Positions 1-10,541 of a stretch of DNA of 64,000 nt are shown here, in pieces. The stretch spans positions 255-64,254 of the forward strand of contig JAIESQ010000051.1 of the NCBI GenBank assembly GCA_019745975.1, read 5' to 3'. The notes beneath the pieces were generated by a model. The model was not told the origin of the DNA. It was given only the letters and a program-made list of their open reading frames with translations, and did not search any database. The DNA comes from Pirellulales bacterium. GTDB lineage: Bacteria > Planctomycetota > Planctomycetia > Pirellulales > JAEUIK01. Made by a program: the position numbers and the translations under genes. How positions within the stretch are numbered: position 1 is the first letter of the stretch; each line of letters opens with the position of its first letter.

Positions 1-2
1 TG

Positions 3-722
3 TTGATACCGTCGGTTTTGGATGGCGAGTCCTGGCGCGCAAAAGGGGGCAGATTGTTGGGTTGTCGCGACGTGCTCCCCACTCCCGATGATCGGCGGCC
101 GCATGACACAGGCAATGCCGATCCCTTCGCCACTTGCATCGCCGCCGCACGCGCGGGCTGTGATGATGCTTTCAAGAAGCTCTACGAGGCAGTCAAGCCG
201 TATCTGCTGCTGATCGCCAACCAGGAACTGGTGCCCGAACTGCAGGCCAAGGTCGGCGCGTCGGATATCGTGCAAGAGACGCTGGTCCACGCCCGGCAGA
301 AGTTCGCAGACTTTCGCGGCCACACCCAGGAGCAGCTCAGGGCCTGGACCCGCGACATGCTCTTGAAGAACGTGCACGATGCCAAGCGGCGCTACCTGTG
401 GACAGAAATGCGCCAGGCCAGCCGCGAGCTGTCGCTCGATCGCGACGTGGTCAGCGCTGCCAACCTGATCGATGACGAGGCGCGCGGCCCCGAACATGGC
501 CTGGCCTTGGCCGACGATGCCCAGCGGTTGAACGCGGCGCTGGCACAATTGTCGGACGATCATCGCGAAGTGATCCGCTTGCGGCACTGGGAACAAAAAT
601 CGTTCGCCGAGATCGGGCAGTTGCTCGGCCGCAACGCGGAAGCGGCCCGCCAATTGTGGCGCCGCGCGGTCGACCGGCTGCGCGCGCAACTCCATGGTTC
701 CAACGGCGAGCACGGCGCATGA
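3..722 (+). CDS. ECF-type RNA polymerase sigma factor (kinase-linked type); the true 5' end may be at or beyond the window edge
   Basis: The ORF is open from the window edge. The translation shows a sigma-70 region 2-like segment (SDIVQETLVHARQKFADF) and a region 4 HTH (HREVIRLRHWEQKSFAEIGQLLGRNAEAARQLWRRAVDRLR). Its TGA stop overlaps the ATG of the downstream kinase (ATGA at 719-722). Confidence 0.85.
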   Translation: MIPSVLDGESWRAKGGRLLGCRDVLPTPDDRRPHDTGNADPFATCIAAARAGCDDAFKKLYEAVKPYLLLIANQELVPELQAKVGASDIVQETLVHARQKFADFRGHTQEQLRAWTRDMLLKNVHDAKRRYLWTEMRQASRELSLDRDVVSAANLIDDEARGPEHGLALADDAQRLNAALAQLSDDHREVIRLRHWEQKSFAEIGQLLGRNAEAARQLWRRAVDRLRAQLHGSNGEHGA

Positions 723-3700
723 AGAACGAGCGCTACGAGGAACTGCTGGAGCAGCTCCACCTGAAGCTGCTGGCGGGCGGCCCAGGCGCCGACGCGAGTA
801 CGTCGACAAGCGACCCGGAGCTGCGCCGCGAGCTCGCCGAGGCGGAAGAGTGCTTGCGGTTGATCGAGCGCGTCCGGCAGGCCGATACCACAAGTGCCGC
901 GCTCCCACCCAACGCGGACACGCCAAGCGCACCGTCCAGTGAACCGTCGAGCGCACCATCCAGCGCGCGGGCGGGCGACACGATAGCGCCAAATGGCGGC
1001 GCCACAATCGACCGCTTCAAGATTCTGCGCACACTAGGGCAAGGGGGGGCAGGCGATCGTCTTTCTGGCCTGGGATCCCAAGACACGGCGGGAAGTCGCC
1101 CTGAAGACGCCGCGCGTCCACGCGCTGTTTTCCGACGAGCTGCGCCAGCGCTTCGTGCTCGAGGGGATCGCGGCCGCGCGGTTGTCGCATCCGCACATCG
1201 TCACGGTCTTCGAAGTCGGCGAGGCGGGGCCGGTTGCCTATATCGTTAGCGCTTACTGTCAGGGGCGATCGCTGGCGGCGATCCTGGCGGAGCACGGCCC
1301 GGTGCCAATTCAGCTCGCGGCGCGCTGGGTAAATCAGTTGGCGGCTGGCGTCGAACACGCGCACCGCCAGGGAGTATGGCATCGGGATATCAAGCCCGGC
1401 AATGTCCTGTTGGAGCCGAACGCCGGGGGCGATCGCGTCGAGCCGGCGCCCCAGGGAGGGACCGACATCGCGGTGCTGACGCCAAAGCTGACCGATTTTG
1501 GCCTGGCGAAGCTGCGCGAGCATGCCGACCTGCGCACGCGCACGGGGGCCATGCTCGGAACGCCGGCCTACATGGCGCCCGAGCAAGTCGACAGCCGGTT
1601 TGGCGCCATGGGCCCGGCGACCGACGTCTATGGCCTGGGCGCCGTTCTCTACGAGCTGTTGACGGGTTTTCCACCGTTTCGGGGCTGTTCCGAGGCCGAC
1701 GTGTTGCGGCAGGTCGCGACGGAGGAGCCGATCTCGCCGCGGCGCCTTCGTCCGGAAATGTCACGCGACCTCGAGGCGATCGCTTTGGCGTGTCTCGAAA
1801 AGTCGCCCGGTCGGCGCTACGAGTCCGCGGGCGCCTTGGCAGACGACCTGTCGCGCTTCGTCCGCGGTGAATCGACACACATCCGGCCGGCGGGTGCTCT
1901 CCGCGGCAGTTGGAAATGGTTGCGCCGCCGACCAACGCGAGCGGTTGCCGTGGGCCTTGGCGCGGTGTCGTCGTTCGTGGTGCTGTGCGGTCTCGTCTGG
2001 CATCGCGTCACGCTCGGCCGTGCCGACAGCGCCGCGAGTCAATTGCGCCAGGTCACCTTGGTGCGGGACCAACAACTTGCCGAAATTCGCTACGCCAGCG
2101 ATGTGCGGCTGGCGTATCAAGCCTGGGAGTCGCGCGACGCGCTGCAGGCCGTCAACTTCTTGTCGCGGCAAATGCCCGCGAGCGGCGACGCCGACCGTCG
2201 GGGATTTTTTTGGTGGCGCTTGTGGTCGCTCGTGCACGGGCAGCCGCGGATTATCGGTCCCGCGGAGGGGACGGCGCTCGCGGTGGCCTTTAGCCCCGAC
2301 GGCGCCACGTTGATGTCGGCGGGTCAGGATGGCACGCTGCGACTGTGGAACGTTAGCTCGGGTGAGCTGCTGGCAGAATTGCTCGGGCACACCGCGGATG
2401 TTAATTCCATAGCGTTTTCGCCAGATGGACAGCGGCTGGCCTCGGCCGGTGACGATGAAACGGTGCGCGTTTGGCTCCTGACTACGGGTCAAACCGAAAA
2501 GACGCTGCGCGCCAACACCGCGTTGAACTGCGTGCAATTTCTCCCAGACGGCAATTCGCTGGTAGCCGGCGATGAGGCGGGCCGCTTGATGGTCTGGAAT
2601 CTGGACAACGACGACTCGCGCCAGGAATATCCCGCCCACACCGCTGAGATCAATCAACTTGCCGTACATCCACGCGGCGAACTGCTCGCTACAGCCAGTA
2701 GCGATGGCACGATCGGCGTTTGGAGATTAGCGTCCTTGGAACCGATCGCGACTCTCGACGGCCATCAGGGGTCGGTGACCGCCGTGACGTTTTCGAGCGA
2801 CGGCCAGCGGCTGGCGTCGGCCGGTGTGGACCATACCGTGCGCCTGTGGCAAGTCGAGCCGCCGCAGTTCCTCTACGCACTTCGCGGGCACACCGAGCGC
2901 GTTGACAGTGTCGCATTCACCGCCGACAGTCGGTTTGTGACGTCTGCCGGCAAGGATGGCACGCAGCGCATCTGGGACGCCGCCAATGGTCGCAACCTTT
3001 GGACGTATGTGACCGATCAGTCGCGTATCTGGGGGCTGGCAGCTTCGCCAACGCAGACTGTAGTCGCCACCGCCGGCGCACGGGGCGGTATTCGACTGTG
3101 GCCACTCGAGCAACTCAACCGCGCCGCGGACATCAACGCTTCAACGATGATGGTGGAACGCCGTTGCTGCGCGTTTTCGAGGTCGCGTAGCTTGTTCGCC
3201 TATCTTCGGTCCGACGGCGCTTGGTGCGTGCTGAATTTGGAAACCGGCCATCAACAAATGGTGCCCTGCAGCGACGCCGACGCCAACCACTTGAGCGCCG
3301 TGTGGTTCGGTCGGGACGCTGAATGGCTCAATTACGTCAACCACTCCGGAGTCGTGCGCGCGCACAATCTTCGCACCGCCGACGAGCGAACGATTCCAGG
3401 TGACCTCGGTGGCCGCACCGCGCCATTAAGCCGCGTAAGTCCCAGCGCCGGGTGGCTGGCCATGATCGGCCTGCGAACGTCGCACCTGTTGGAGTTGCGC
3501 GATTTGACGCATCTCGCCGCGGCGCCGCGGAGTATTGCGCTTCCGTCGTTCGTCCTCGACGCGACGTTTACGCCGGATGAACGGACACTTCTCGTGCTTC
3601 TGGATGATGCGACGTCGGCTGAGCAGGGGATGGTGCTTGTTGACACGGCAACCGGGACACAACGACGGCTGACTTGGTCGCACGGCGGGGCGGTTAATGC

Positions 3701-4082
3701 AGCAGCATTCTCGGCCGACGGCCAGTACCTTGCCTACAGCAGTGGCACCCGCCAGGTTTGGGTGCGGCGTTGGGACGATCCAACCGCTGCGCCGTTGCTG
3801 CTGTACCCTCTGCAACCCTGCGGCCGATTGGCCTTTGCACCGCATGAGCCGTTTCTGATCGGCATCGGAAATGAAGGGTCATTGTCCGTGTGGAGCCTGC
3901 GCGACGGCGAGCCACTGAATAACTTCGACTTGCCGCCGGGTAAGTACCGAGATCTCCTGTTTGACAGCGATGGCCAATGGCTCGCCCTCGGCGCGGAATC
4001 GGAAGCGCACTCGATCGTGTTCCGGCTTTTCTCGGCCCCCCGGGGTGAAGGTGCGATCCCCACGCCGCCACAGAGTCGTTGA
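719..4082 (+). pseudogene. Ser/Thr protein kinase with C-terminal WD40 beta-propeller; the reading frame is interrupted at a G7 tract (1043-1049), so this is a frameshifted gene, an assembly error or a slippage site
   Basis: The frame starting at 719 gives MKNERYEELL...IDRFKILRTLGQGG and then degenerates. The frame open from 1038 gives QAIVFLAWDPKTRREVALKTP..., followed by HRDIKPGNVLL, DFGLAK and YMAPEQ, then repeated WD40 units (LxGHTxxVxSVAFSxDGxxLASAGxDxTVRLW) up to the stop at 4082. Confidence 0.8.
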
Positions 4083-4242
4083 TACCCCATCCCAAGTCTC
4101 ACTTGGCAGCGCAGGCAAAGCAGCATCGACGGCCGAATCCACACCTCGGGACCGTTACCATTCGATGCGCCACGGGGTACGATAACGTAGCGCTAGCAGG
4201 GTAAAACCGCGCAGCTAAAGTGCCCGCTCATTACAGGTCACT

Positions 4243-4842
4243 ATGATCCTTTTGATCGACAACTACGACTCGTTCACGTACAACCTCGTGCAGCGGTTGG
4301 GCGAGATCGATCCGGACATCGAGCTCGAAGTCGCCCGCAACGATCAGATCACGCTCGACGAAATCGCCGCCCGCCGGCCGAGCCATCTAATCATCTCGCC
4401 GGGGCCTTGCACGCCGCGCGAGGCTGGCATCTCCTGCGACCTGATCACGCGCTTCGCCGGTCGGGTACCGATTTTGGGTGTCTGCCTGGGGCATCAGGCG
4501 ATCGGCCATGCCTTTGGCGCCGAGATCGTGCGGGCCGAGCGGCTGATGCACGGCAAGACCGACCTGATCTATCATGACTCGACCGGCCTGTTCGCCGGGC
4601 TCGACAATCCGTTCCAGGCCACGCGCTATCACAGCCTGGTGATTCGCCCCGGTACACTCCCCGATTTTCTGGAAGTGTGTGCTTGGGCCGACGCGCCGGG
4701 CGGCGGGCGCGAGATCATGGGGGTGCGTCACCGCGAGCAACCGATCTTCGGCGTGCAGTTCCACCCCGAGAGTTTTCTGACCGACTGCGGGATCACGATC
4801 CTCGAGCGGTTCCTGCGGGTGCCGACGCCCGTCGGGCGCTGA
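4243..4842 (+). CDS. trpG: Anthranilate / aminodeoxychorismate synthase component II (class I glutamine amidotransferase)
   Basis: The N-terminus [21 protein letters not shown] is typical of the family. [10 protein letters not shown] provides the catalytic Cys, and FGVQFHPES provides the His/Glu. Whether it is TrpG or PabA cannot be resolved from sequence alone. Confidence 0.9.
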   Translation: MILLIDNYDSFTYNLVQRLGEIDPDIELEVARNDQITLDEIAARRPSHLIISPGPCTPREAGISCDLITRFAGRVPILGVCLGHQAIGHAFGAEIVRAERLMHGKTDLIYHDSTGLFAGLDNPFQATRYHSLVIRPGTLPDFLEVCAWADAPGGGREIMGVRHREQPIFGVQFHPESFLTDCGITILERFLRVPTPVGR

Positions 4843-4848
4843 GCAGCG

Positions 4849-5637
4849 CTATTCGCCGAGAGCTTGGCGCAGGGAGGCCAGCGCCTGTTCTTGCGCCTCG
4901 ACCCGGCGCGCGAGCTCCTCCACGCGCTCGACGATTGCGGCCAGCGACTGGCTCAGTGTGTCCCCCGCCCGCGGAGCATGGGCCGTATCGGCGCGTGTAG
5001 CGAGGCCAGTCGGTTCACGCCGCACGGGCGTGCTTTCGTCGGCGGCGTCGGCCTCGGCGCCACTCGCCGGAGGCGCGTACGACGAGTACTCGGCACGCAA
5101 CTTCTCAAGTTCCGCGGGCTTGTAGAGCGCGTGCGTGACGACCTGCCCACGTCCCTCGGGTGTGAGCGAGATCAGCAGTCCCTTGGCTTTCAGGCTGTCG
5201 AGCACGGGGCGCAATGCCGCGAGATCGGCGATGGGGTCCATACGGCTGGCACGTCCGCGCAAGTCGCCGACCGTTTGGGCCCCGCGCAAGAGCAGCTCCG
5301 TCATAACCGCCAACTCGAGCTTATCGACTCCCAGCCACTCGTACATGTAGTGACGGTAGCGCTCGACGCGTCCGCTCCCTTGCACCAACCCAACGGCCCC
5401 GACTTCTCTCAAACTGTCGAGCACCGCCAGCACGGCGTCCTCTTCAACCTCCATCACAGGGTAACGGTTACTCTTTTGATTGCACCCGGTGCGAATGGCA
5501 TTGAGCGACATGGGGTAGGCGTCAGGGGTTGTCTTGGCCTTTTCGACCAAGACCCCCGCGACGCGTCGTTCGAGACCAGAAAGGGGTTGCCATTTGGGCG
5601 GGCTTGCACCCTGGACGTCGGCGGTTGGTTCGCTCAT
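4849..5637 (-). CDS. DUF480 (YceH-like) winged-helix protein with a C-terminal coiled-coil tail
   Basis: The translation LSGLERRVAGVLVEKAKTTPDAYPMSLNAIRTGCNQKSNRYPVMEVEE...VERYRHYMYEWLGVDKLELAVMTELLLRGAQTVGDLRGRASRM matches the YceH/DUF480 pattern. The start was chosen at MSEPT (5637) rather than the ORF maximum at 5694. Confidence 0.75.
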   Translation of the reverse strand: MSEPTADVQGASPPKWQPLSGLERRVAGVLVEKAKTTPDAYPMSLNAIRTGCNQKSNRYPVMEVEEDAVLAVLDSLREVGAVGLVQGSGRVERYRHYMYEWLGVDKLELAVMTELLLRGAQTVGDLRGRASRMDPIADLAALRPVLDSLKAKGLLISLTPEGRGQVVTHALYKPAELEKLRAEYSSYAPPASGAEADAADESTPVRREPTGLATRADTAHAPRAGDTLSQSLAAIVERVEELARRVEAQEQALASLRQALGE

Positions 5638-6007
5638 TCGCACGGGTCTCTTGGCAAATGTCGCTGGCGCACAGGTACCCCGTCGGCTGGGCATGGCCCA
5701 CTCGGCCGGTCGCGTTTTAAATCGTCAAGGTTTGCCCAGACTGTAGCTTCGCTGAGAATGTTTCGCAAATCGGGCAAACCCTGCCGATGGCCGAACTTCT
5801 CGCGATTCTTCGACGCGCAGCAGTTATCCGCTCTCGGCCGCAAATCATCACGATTCGCAATTTGGCGAGACGATGCTCTAGGCGGCGAAAGCAGGGATTG
5901 CGATCGCCGCCGCGCCGACCAACGGCGCGAGTCGATTCTCGTAGCTCACCGCGCTGACCCGCCGCGGTATCCAGGCGCGAAACTGACCAAGCGAGGGAGT
6001 GCTTGCC

Positions 6008-7411
6008 ATGCGTCGGTTCTTTCTAATTCCTTGGGGAACAGCCGCCATCCTAGCGGCGACCTACGGCTTGCTGCGGGCCGATGAAGCGCCCGCGCCCGAG
6101 TCGACGGTCGTACAAGGCAGCGCTCAGGTTGATACCGGCAGCCACGCGACCACGACGGCCAGCGGCGTTGCCGGTCAGGACGTCGACGAACCGACCGACA
6201 CCGTCGCCGCGCCGCTGGCAGGCGCCACTGCCGAAAAGTCGAGCATCGAGCCTGCAGTTGAAGTCGTCGAAGAGTCGCCTTCGGCACCCGAAGTTGCCGC
6301 CGATGCGCCGCAGGAGATCATCAAGGAGCGTTACCCGAACCGCGCCATCAAGATAGAGCGGCACGTCGTTCAAGACGCCGCCGGCAACTACGTCAATCAG
6401 GGTCTTTGGACGATGTGGGATGAGCACGGCCGCATCGTCGCACGCGGCGAGTTTCAACGCGGCCAGCGCGAAGGCACCTGGACCAGGTGGTACGCGACCG
6501 GCGACGGGGAAATGTTTAAAGCTCCCCAGTTCAAGCAATTCGAGGCCCCTTTCACTGCTGAGGTTGGCCAGAAGCATAGCAAGCTGCACGGCGACTGGAC
6601 GATCTACGACGCCAAGCATCGCAAGATCACGCAATGGGCGTTCGAGAATGGCGAACGCCACGGGCGTTCGATCTGGTACTACACGAACGGTCGCAAGCTC
6701 CGCGAGTGCACCTATGTGCATGGCGAGCTCGACGGCGACGTTCACGAATGGGAAGCCGACGGCAAGCTGGCACTCAAACAAACGTATCAGCTTGGCCGGC
6801 GTGTCGGTCGCAAGACCGACCGGCACAGCCCGAAGCTCGTGAAATCGGAAGGTGAGTACCTGTTCGCCCGCGATCTCGTGACGTCCGACTACGATTGGTG
6901 GCGCGGCGTCGCCTCGATCGAGGTCAAGGGGAAGGACGGCAAGGATGTTCGGCACGGCGCCTATGCTTCGTGGCACAAGAACGGCCAGAAGCTGATGGAA
7001 GGCCGCTACGAAGAAGGACAACCCGTGGGCGCCTTCACGTGGTGGCATCCGAACGGGCAGCAATCGGTTGCCGGAACCTATGAGCACGGCCGACCGGTCG
7101 GCGAGTGGACCTGGTGGCACGCCAACGGCCAGAAGTCAATTGCCGGCAGTTTTGTCGATGGCGGTGAAACCGGTCGCTGGATGTGGTGGCAGGAAGACGG
7201 CCGGCTCGGTAACGTTGCCGAATACAGCGAGCACAGCGAAGCGGTCGTCTCCACAACTCCCGTGGCGGATGCGGTTCCGCCGATGGTGAGCGACTCCGAC
7301 GAGCCGCCAGTCGCCCGCGCAAACAAGGCAGCCACGGCGAAGTCGCCGCGCGGGCGTAAATCGACGGCCCAAGTGCGAAAACCCAGCGGACCCGGTCGCC
7401 GTAGCCGCTAA
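6008..7411 (+). CDS. Secreted MORN-variant repeat protein (YwqK-like repeat family)
   Basis: The signal-like N-terminus is MRRFFLIPWGTAAILAATYG. It is followed by many repeats of the form G.W..W..NG.K..EG.Y..G...G.W..W (for example HGAYASWHKNGQKLMEGRYEEGQPVGAFTWWHPNGQ). Confidence 0.7.
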   Translation: MRRFFLIPWGTAAILAATYGLLRADEAPAPESTVVQGSAQVDTGSHATTTASGVAGQDVDEPTDTVAAPLAGATAEKSSIEPAVEVVEESPSAPEVAADAPQEIIKERYPNRAIKIERHVVQDAAGNYVNQGLWTMWDEHGRIVARGEFQRGQREGTWTRWYATGDGEMFKAPQFKQFEAPFTAEVGQKHSKLHGDWTIYDAKHRKITQWAFENGERHGRSIWYYTNGRKLRECTYVHGELDGDVHEWEADGKLALKQTYQLGRRVGRKTDRHSPKLVKSEGEYLFARDLVTSDYDWWRGVASIEVKGKDGKDVRHGAYASWHKNGQKLMEGRYEEGQPVGAFTWWHPNGQQSVAGTYEHGRPVGEWTWWHANGQKSIAGSFVDGGETGRWMWWQEDGRLGNVAEYSEHSEAVVSTTPVADAVPPMVSDSDEPPVARANKAATAKSPRGRKSTAQVRKPSGPGRRSR

Positions 7412-7433
7412 GATCGCCCGACAACCAGCCTCG

Positions 7434-7470
7434 CGAGCTAGCCACGGAGTTCGATTCGTCGGCTAGCTCG
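7434..7470 (+). terminator. Stem-loop downstream of the MORN-repeat gene (possible intrinsic terminator with a weak U-tract)
   Basis: CGAGCTAGCC (7434-7443) pairs perfectly with GGCTAGCTCG (7461-7470) across a 17-nt loop, 23 nt after the stop codon. It is followed by TGGCGTTTCC, so there is no strong T-run. Confidence 0.3.
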
Positions 7471-7705
7471 TGGCGTTTCCGGCCGGGCCAAATCCTCTTG
7501 TCGAATCAAGGTCGCCGCCCCACAGCCGATTCTCTCCGCGGGGATTTCCCCGATCTGATTGGCAGTCGTATGATTGTCCGATGGATCGCAGGGAAGTCAC
7601 CTTCGGCCGTGGCCGACACTGCGCCTTGCGCAAGGTGCAAGTGACGGCACGCTGAAGCAACGCCAAGGGGGGCGCGCCATTCACGCGAGCTTGAAGGTTC
7701 GAATC

Positions 7706-7900
7706 ATGAAACGTTGGCTTGTTATCTCGATGTTGTTGGCGGCTGTCCTAGCGACCAGCCTGGCCTCATCAGCTTCGGCCCGGCCCGGCCGTACGCGCTA
7801 TCGCAGCTACTCGTTTTCACGCGTGGGCAAGAAACCGGCCAGCCTCAACACGCATTACTTCTACGGTTACCGCGGCGTGGGGGGCAACGCCGGGCGGTAA
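7706..7900 (+). CDS. Small secreted basic/aromatic peptide (64 aa precursor), hypothetical
   Basis: The ATG at 7706 is preceded by GAAGG. The signal peptide is MKRWLVISMLLAAVLATSLASSASA, and the mature part is RPGRTRYRSYSFSRVGKKPASLNTHYFYGYRGVGGNAGR. Confidence 0.4.
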   Translation: MKRWLVISMLLAAVLATSLASSASARPGRTRYRSYSFSRVGKKPASLNTHYFYGYRGVGGNAGR

Positions 7901-7927
7901 GCCGCGAAGCGCTTTCTCCGTCGACGG

Positions 7928-8407
7928 CTATTTGCAGCCGGCCAGGTGATCGATCGGTTGAGCATCGTCTGACGATGCTTGCGGCTGGCGCTGCGCATCG
8001 AGTTGCGATAACGCGGCATTGAGCTCCTGGGCGAAGTCGGCCCAGAAGTCGCCCTCGCGCAAGCGGACGTTCTCGACGGTGCCGCTCTCGGAAATACCGC
8101 GCAACGTGCGCCGCATGCGGTAGATCGGTCCGGCGAAGCGATTGCTCAGCTTGAGCATGTCCCAGATCACCAGCGGCAGCACGAGCAACGAGCCGATCGC
8201 CAAACGGATCAGGGCCTGGGTCAGGTCTTCGTTGAACAGATACGCCCAGAAACTCTCGCGCTCAGGGCCGATCGCGATCTGCCTTGTCAGGTTCAAGAGC
8301 TCGACGGTGACTACGGTGCAAATCCAGTAGATCACCACATGGCGCACCAGCGTCAGTTGTACGCTGGGCTCGATCAGCAAACGCGAGCGTTTGAATTTGG
8401 ACGCCAT
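7928..8407 (-). CDS. Hypothetical membrane protein (two TM segments plus a HAMP-like cytoplasmic helix), directly downstream of flp
   Basis: The start was chosen at MASKFKRSRLL. Hydrophobic segments are VIYWICTVVTVELL and LIRLAIGSLLVLPLVIW, followed by the amphipathic segment LKLSNRFAGPIYRMRRTLRGI. Confidence 0.5.
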   Translation of the reverse strand: MASKFKRSRLLIEPSVQLTLVRHVVIYWICTVVTVELLNLTRQIAIGPERESFWAYLFNEDLTQALIRLAIGSLLVLPLVIWDMLKLSNRFAGPIYRMRRTLRGISESGTVENVRLREGDFWADFAQELNAALSQLDAQRQPQASSDDAQPIDHLAGCK

Positions 8408-8489
8408 GTGCAGATTCTCCGGCGCCGCCTTCGCTGCGATTTCCACCGCCAATAGAGCTGCCGCTTCCACTACCTGGACCGGCGCACCT

Positions 8490-8681
8490 CTAACTGCCGC
8501 TGCGAGCGGCGTTCAGCGAGCTCGATACGCGCGAAAAAGTCGACGACGCGTTTGTGCCCACGCTGCGGATGGCGGCCATGCAGACGACCGTGATGAGACT
8601 CAACATGACGGCATATTCCACCGCCGTGGGGCCGTCCTCACGGCGCAGAAAGTCGCGGAACTGGATCCACAGCTTAACCAT
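8490..8681 (-). CDS. flp: Flp family type IVb pilin
   Basis: This 63-aa ORF carries the Flp signature G-P-TAVEYAVMLSLI (processing motif plus hydrophobic helix). Confidence 0.8.
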   Translation of the reverse strand: MVKLWIQFRDFLRREDGPTAVEYAVMLSLITVVCMAAIRSVGTNASSTFSRVSSSLNAARSGS

Positions 8682-8829
8682 GCTGCAACATTAGGTCACA
8701 TTTATGAAACGTCAAATCGCGCGACAAACGGTTCCGCTGCCAGCAATTGGGGTCTTTGCCACAGGTCTTTTTCAAGGCAATTGCACGGATGCGGCGGCAA
8801 TTCCTGGAAACCGGACGAAATCCCCCATG

Positions 8830-10503
8830 TCAGTGCGTCAACTTCTTGTACCGCAGGCGGTGAGGCGTGTCGGCGTCGATCCCCAAGCGGCGGTGGCGCT
8901 CCTCTTCGTACGTCTGGAAATTCCCTTCGCACCACACCACCTGGCTATCCCCCTCGAAAGCCAAAATGTGCGTGGCGATCCGATCCAAAAACCAGCGGTC
9001 GTGACTGATCACCACCACGCAGCCGGCAAAATTGAGAATCGCCTCTTCGAGTGCCCGCAGCGTATCGACGTCCAGGTCGTTCGTCGGTTCATCGAGCAAC
9101 AGCACATTGCAGCCGCGCCGCAATAGCTTCGCGAGGTGGACGCGGTTGCGCTCGCCCCCCGAGAGCTTGCCGACGAGCTTCTGCTGATCGGGCCCATGAA
9201 AGTTGAACCGCGCGACGTAGGCGCGGCTGTTGATCTTGCGGCCGCCGAGCTCGATCGTGTCGTGCCCGCCGGAAATTTCCTCAAATACCGTCTTATCCGC
9301 GTCGAGCGCGTCGCGCGACTGATCGACGTAGCCGAGTTCGACCGTGGGCCCGGTGCGCAGCGTGCCGGCGTCGGGCGGCTCCTGGCCGACGATCATGCGA
9401 AACAGTGTTGTCTTGCCCGCGCCGTTCGGGCCGATTACGCCCACGATGCCACCGGGGGGGAGCCGGAACGTGAGCTTCTCGATCAATAGCCGGTCACCAT
9501 AGCCCTTTGAGACTTTGTCGAACTCCACCACCAGGTCGCCCAAGTGCTTGCCGGGCGGAATCTGCATCTCGAACTCTTCGAGCTTCTCCTGGTAGCTTTC
9601 GCGCGACATCTCCTCGTAGGCCTTGATGCGGGCCTTGCTCTTGGCCTGCCGCGCGCGCGGGGCCAGGCGAATCCACTCCAGCTCGCGCTCGAGGGTTTTC
9701 TGCCGTGCGCTGGCCGCTTTCTCCTCGCGCGACAGCCGCTGCTGCTTTTGCTCGAGCCAACTGCTGTAGTTGCCTTCCCAAGGAATACCACGCCCGCGAT
9801 CGAGCTCTAAGATCCAGCCGGCCACGTTGTCCAAGAAATAGCGATCGTGGGTAACAGCCACGACGGTGCCGTTGTATTCGGCCAGGTGCCGCTCGAGCCA
9901 GGCGACCGACTCGGCGTCGAGGTGGTTGGTCGGTTCATCGAGCAACAACAGATCGGGGTGTTCCAGCAGAATCTTGCAGAGCGCCACGCGGCGCCGCTCG
10001 CCGCCGGAGAGTGTCGACACGTCGGCGTCGCCGGGTGGCAAGTTCATCGCGTCCATGGCGATTTCGACTTGCCGATCGAGCTCCCAGGCGCCCAGCGTTT
10101 CGATCTGGTCCTGCACGCGGGCCTGCTCGTCGAGCAGCTTTTCCATGGCCTCGGGCTCGAGCGGCTCGCCGAGCTGGGCGTTGATCTCGTCGTAGCGCGT
10201 GAGGATCGCACGCGTTCGCGATACGGCCTCTTCCACGTTGCCGAACACATCTTTGTCGGGATTAAGCTGCGGCTCCTGCGGCAGGTAACCGACCGTGAAG
10301 CCGTCGGTCAGTCGGGCCTCGCCGTCGAATTCGCGGTCGATGCCTGCCATGATCCGCAAGAGCGTGCTCTTGCCGGCGCCGTTGCGCCCCAGCACGCCGA
10401 TCTTGGCGCCGGGATAAAAGGCCAGCCAGATGTTTTCGAGCACGGTCTTCTGGCCGTGCTTCTTGGTGAGCCCTTCGATCTGATAGCTGTATTGCTTGCC
10501 CAT
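8830..10503 (-). CDS. ettA: Energy-dependent translational throttle protein EttA (ABC-F ATPase)
   Basis: Similarity to EttA as I recall it runs end to end: [93 protein letters not shown], and a second ABC cassette [14 protein letters not shown] / [15 protein letters not shown]. Confidence 0.95.
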   Translation of the reverse strand: MGKQYSYQIEGLTKKHGQKTVLENIWLAFYPGAKIGVLGRNGAGKSTLLRIMAGIDREFDGEARLTDGFTVGYLPQEPQLNPDKDVFGNVEEAVSRTRAILTRYDEINAQLGEPLEPEAMEKLLDEQARVQDQIETLGAWELDRQVEIAMDAMNLPPGDADVSTLSGGERRRVALCKILLEHPDLLLLDEPTNHLDAESVAWLERHLAEYNGTVVAVTHDRYFLDNVAGWILELDRGRGIPWEGNYSSWLEQKQQRLSREEKAASARQKTLERELEWIRLAPRARQAKSKARIKAYEEMSRESYQEKLEEFEMQIPPGKHLGDLVVEFDKVSKGYGDRLLIEKLTFRLPPGGIVGVIGPNGAGKTTLFRMIVGQEPPDAGTLRTGPTVELGYVDQSRDALDADKTVFEEISGGHDTIELGGRKINSRAYVARFNFHGPDQQKLVGKLSGGERNRVHLAKLLRRGCNVLLLDEPTNDLDVDTLRALEEAILNFAGCVVVISHDRWFLDRIATHILAFEGDSQVVWCEGNFQTYEEERHRRLGIDADTPHRLRYKKLTH

Positions 10504-10519
10504 GTTGGTGTTTATAATA

Positions 10520-10541
10520 GTGTTCAGTTTTCAGTGTTCAG
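10520..10541. repeat. 1.6 copies of the 14-mer TTTTCAGTGTTCAG, immediately upstream of the ettA start
   Basis: GTGTTCAG+TTTTCAGTGTTCAG is followed by TGGGTACGACCGC. The same block recurs at 11074-11101. Confidence 0.85.

Noticed and set aside
4864-6084. A 406-aa ORF on the plus strand.
   Set aside because: It is antisense to the DUF480 gene and runs through the intergenic region. It has no recognisable motifs and a shadow-ORF composition.
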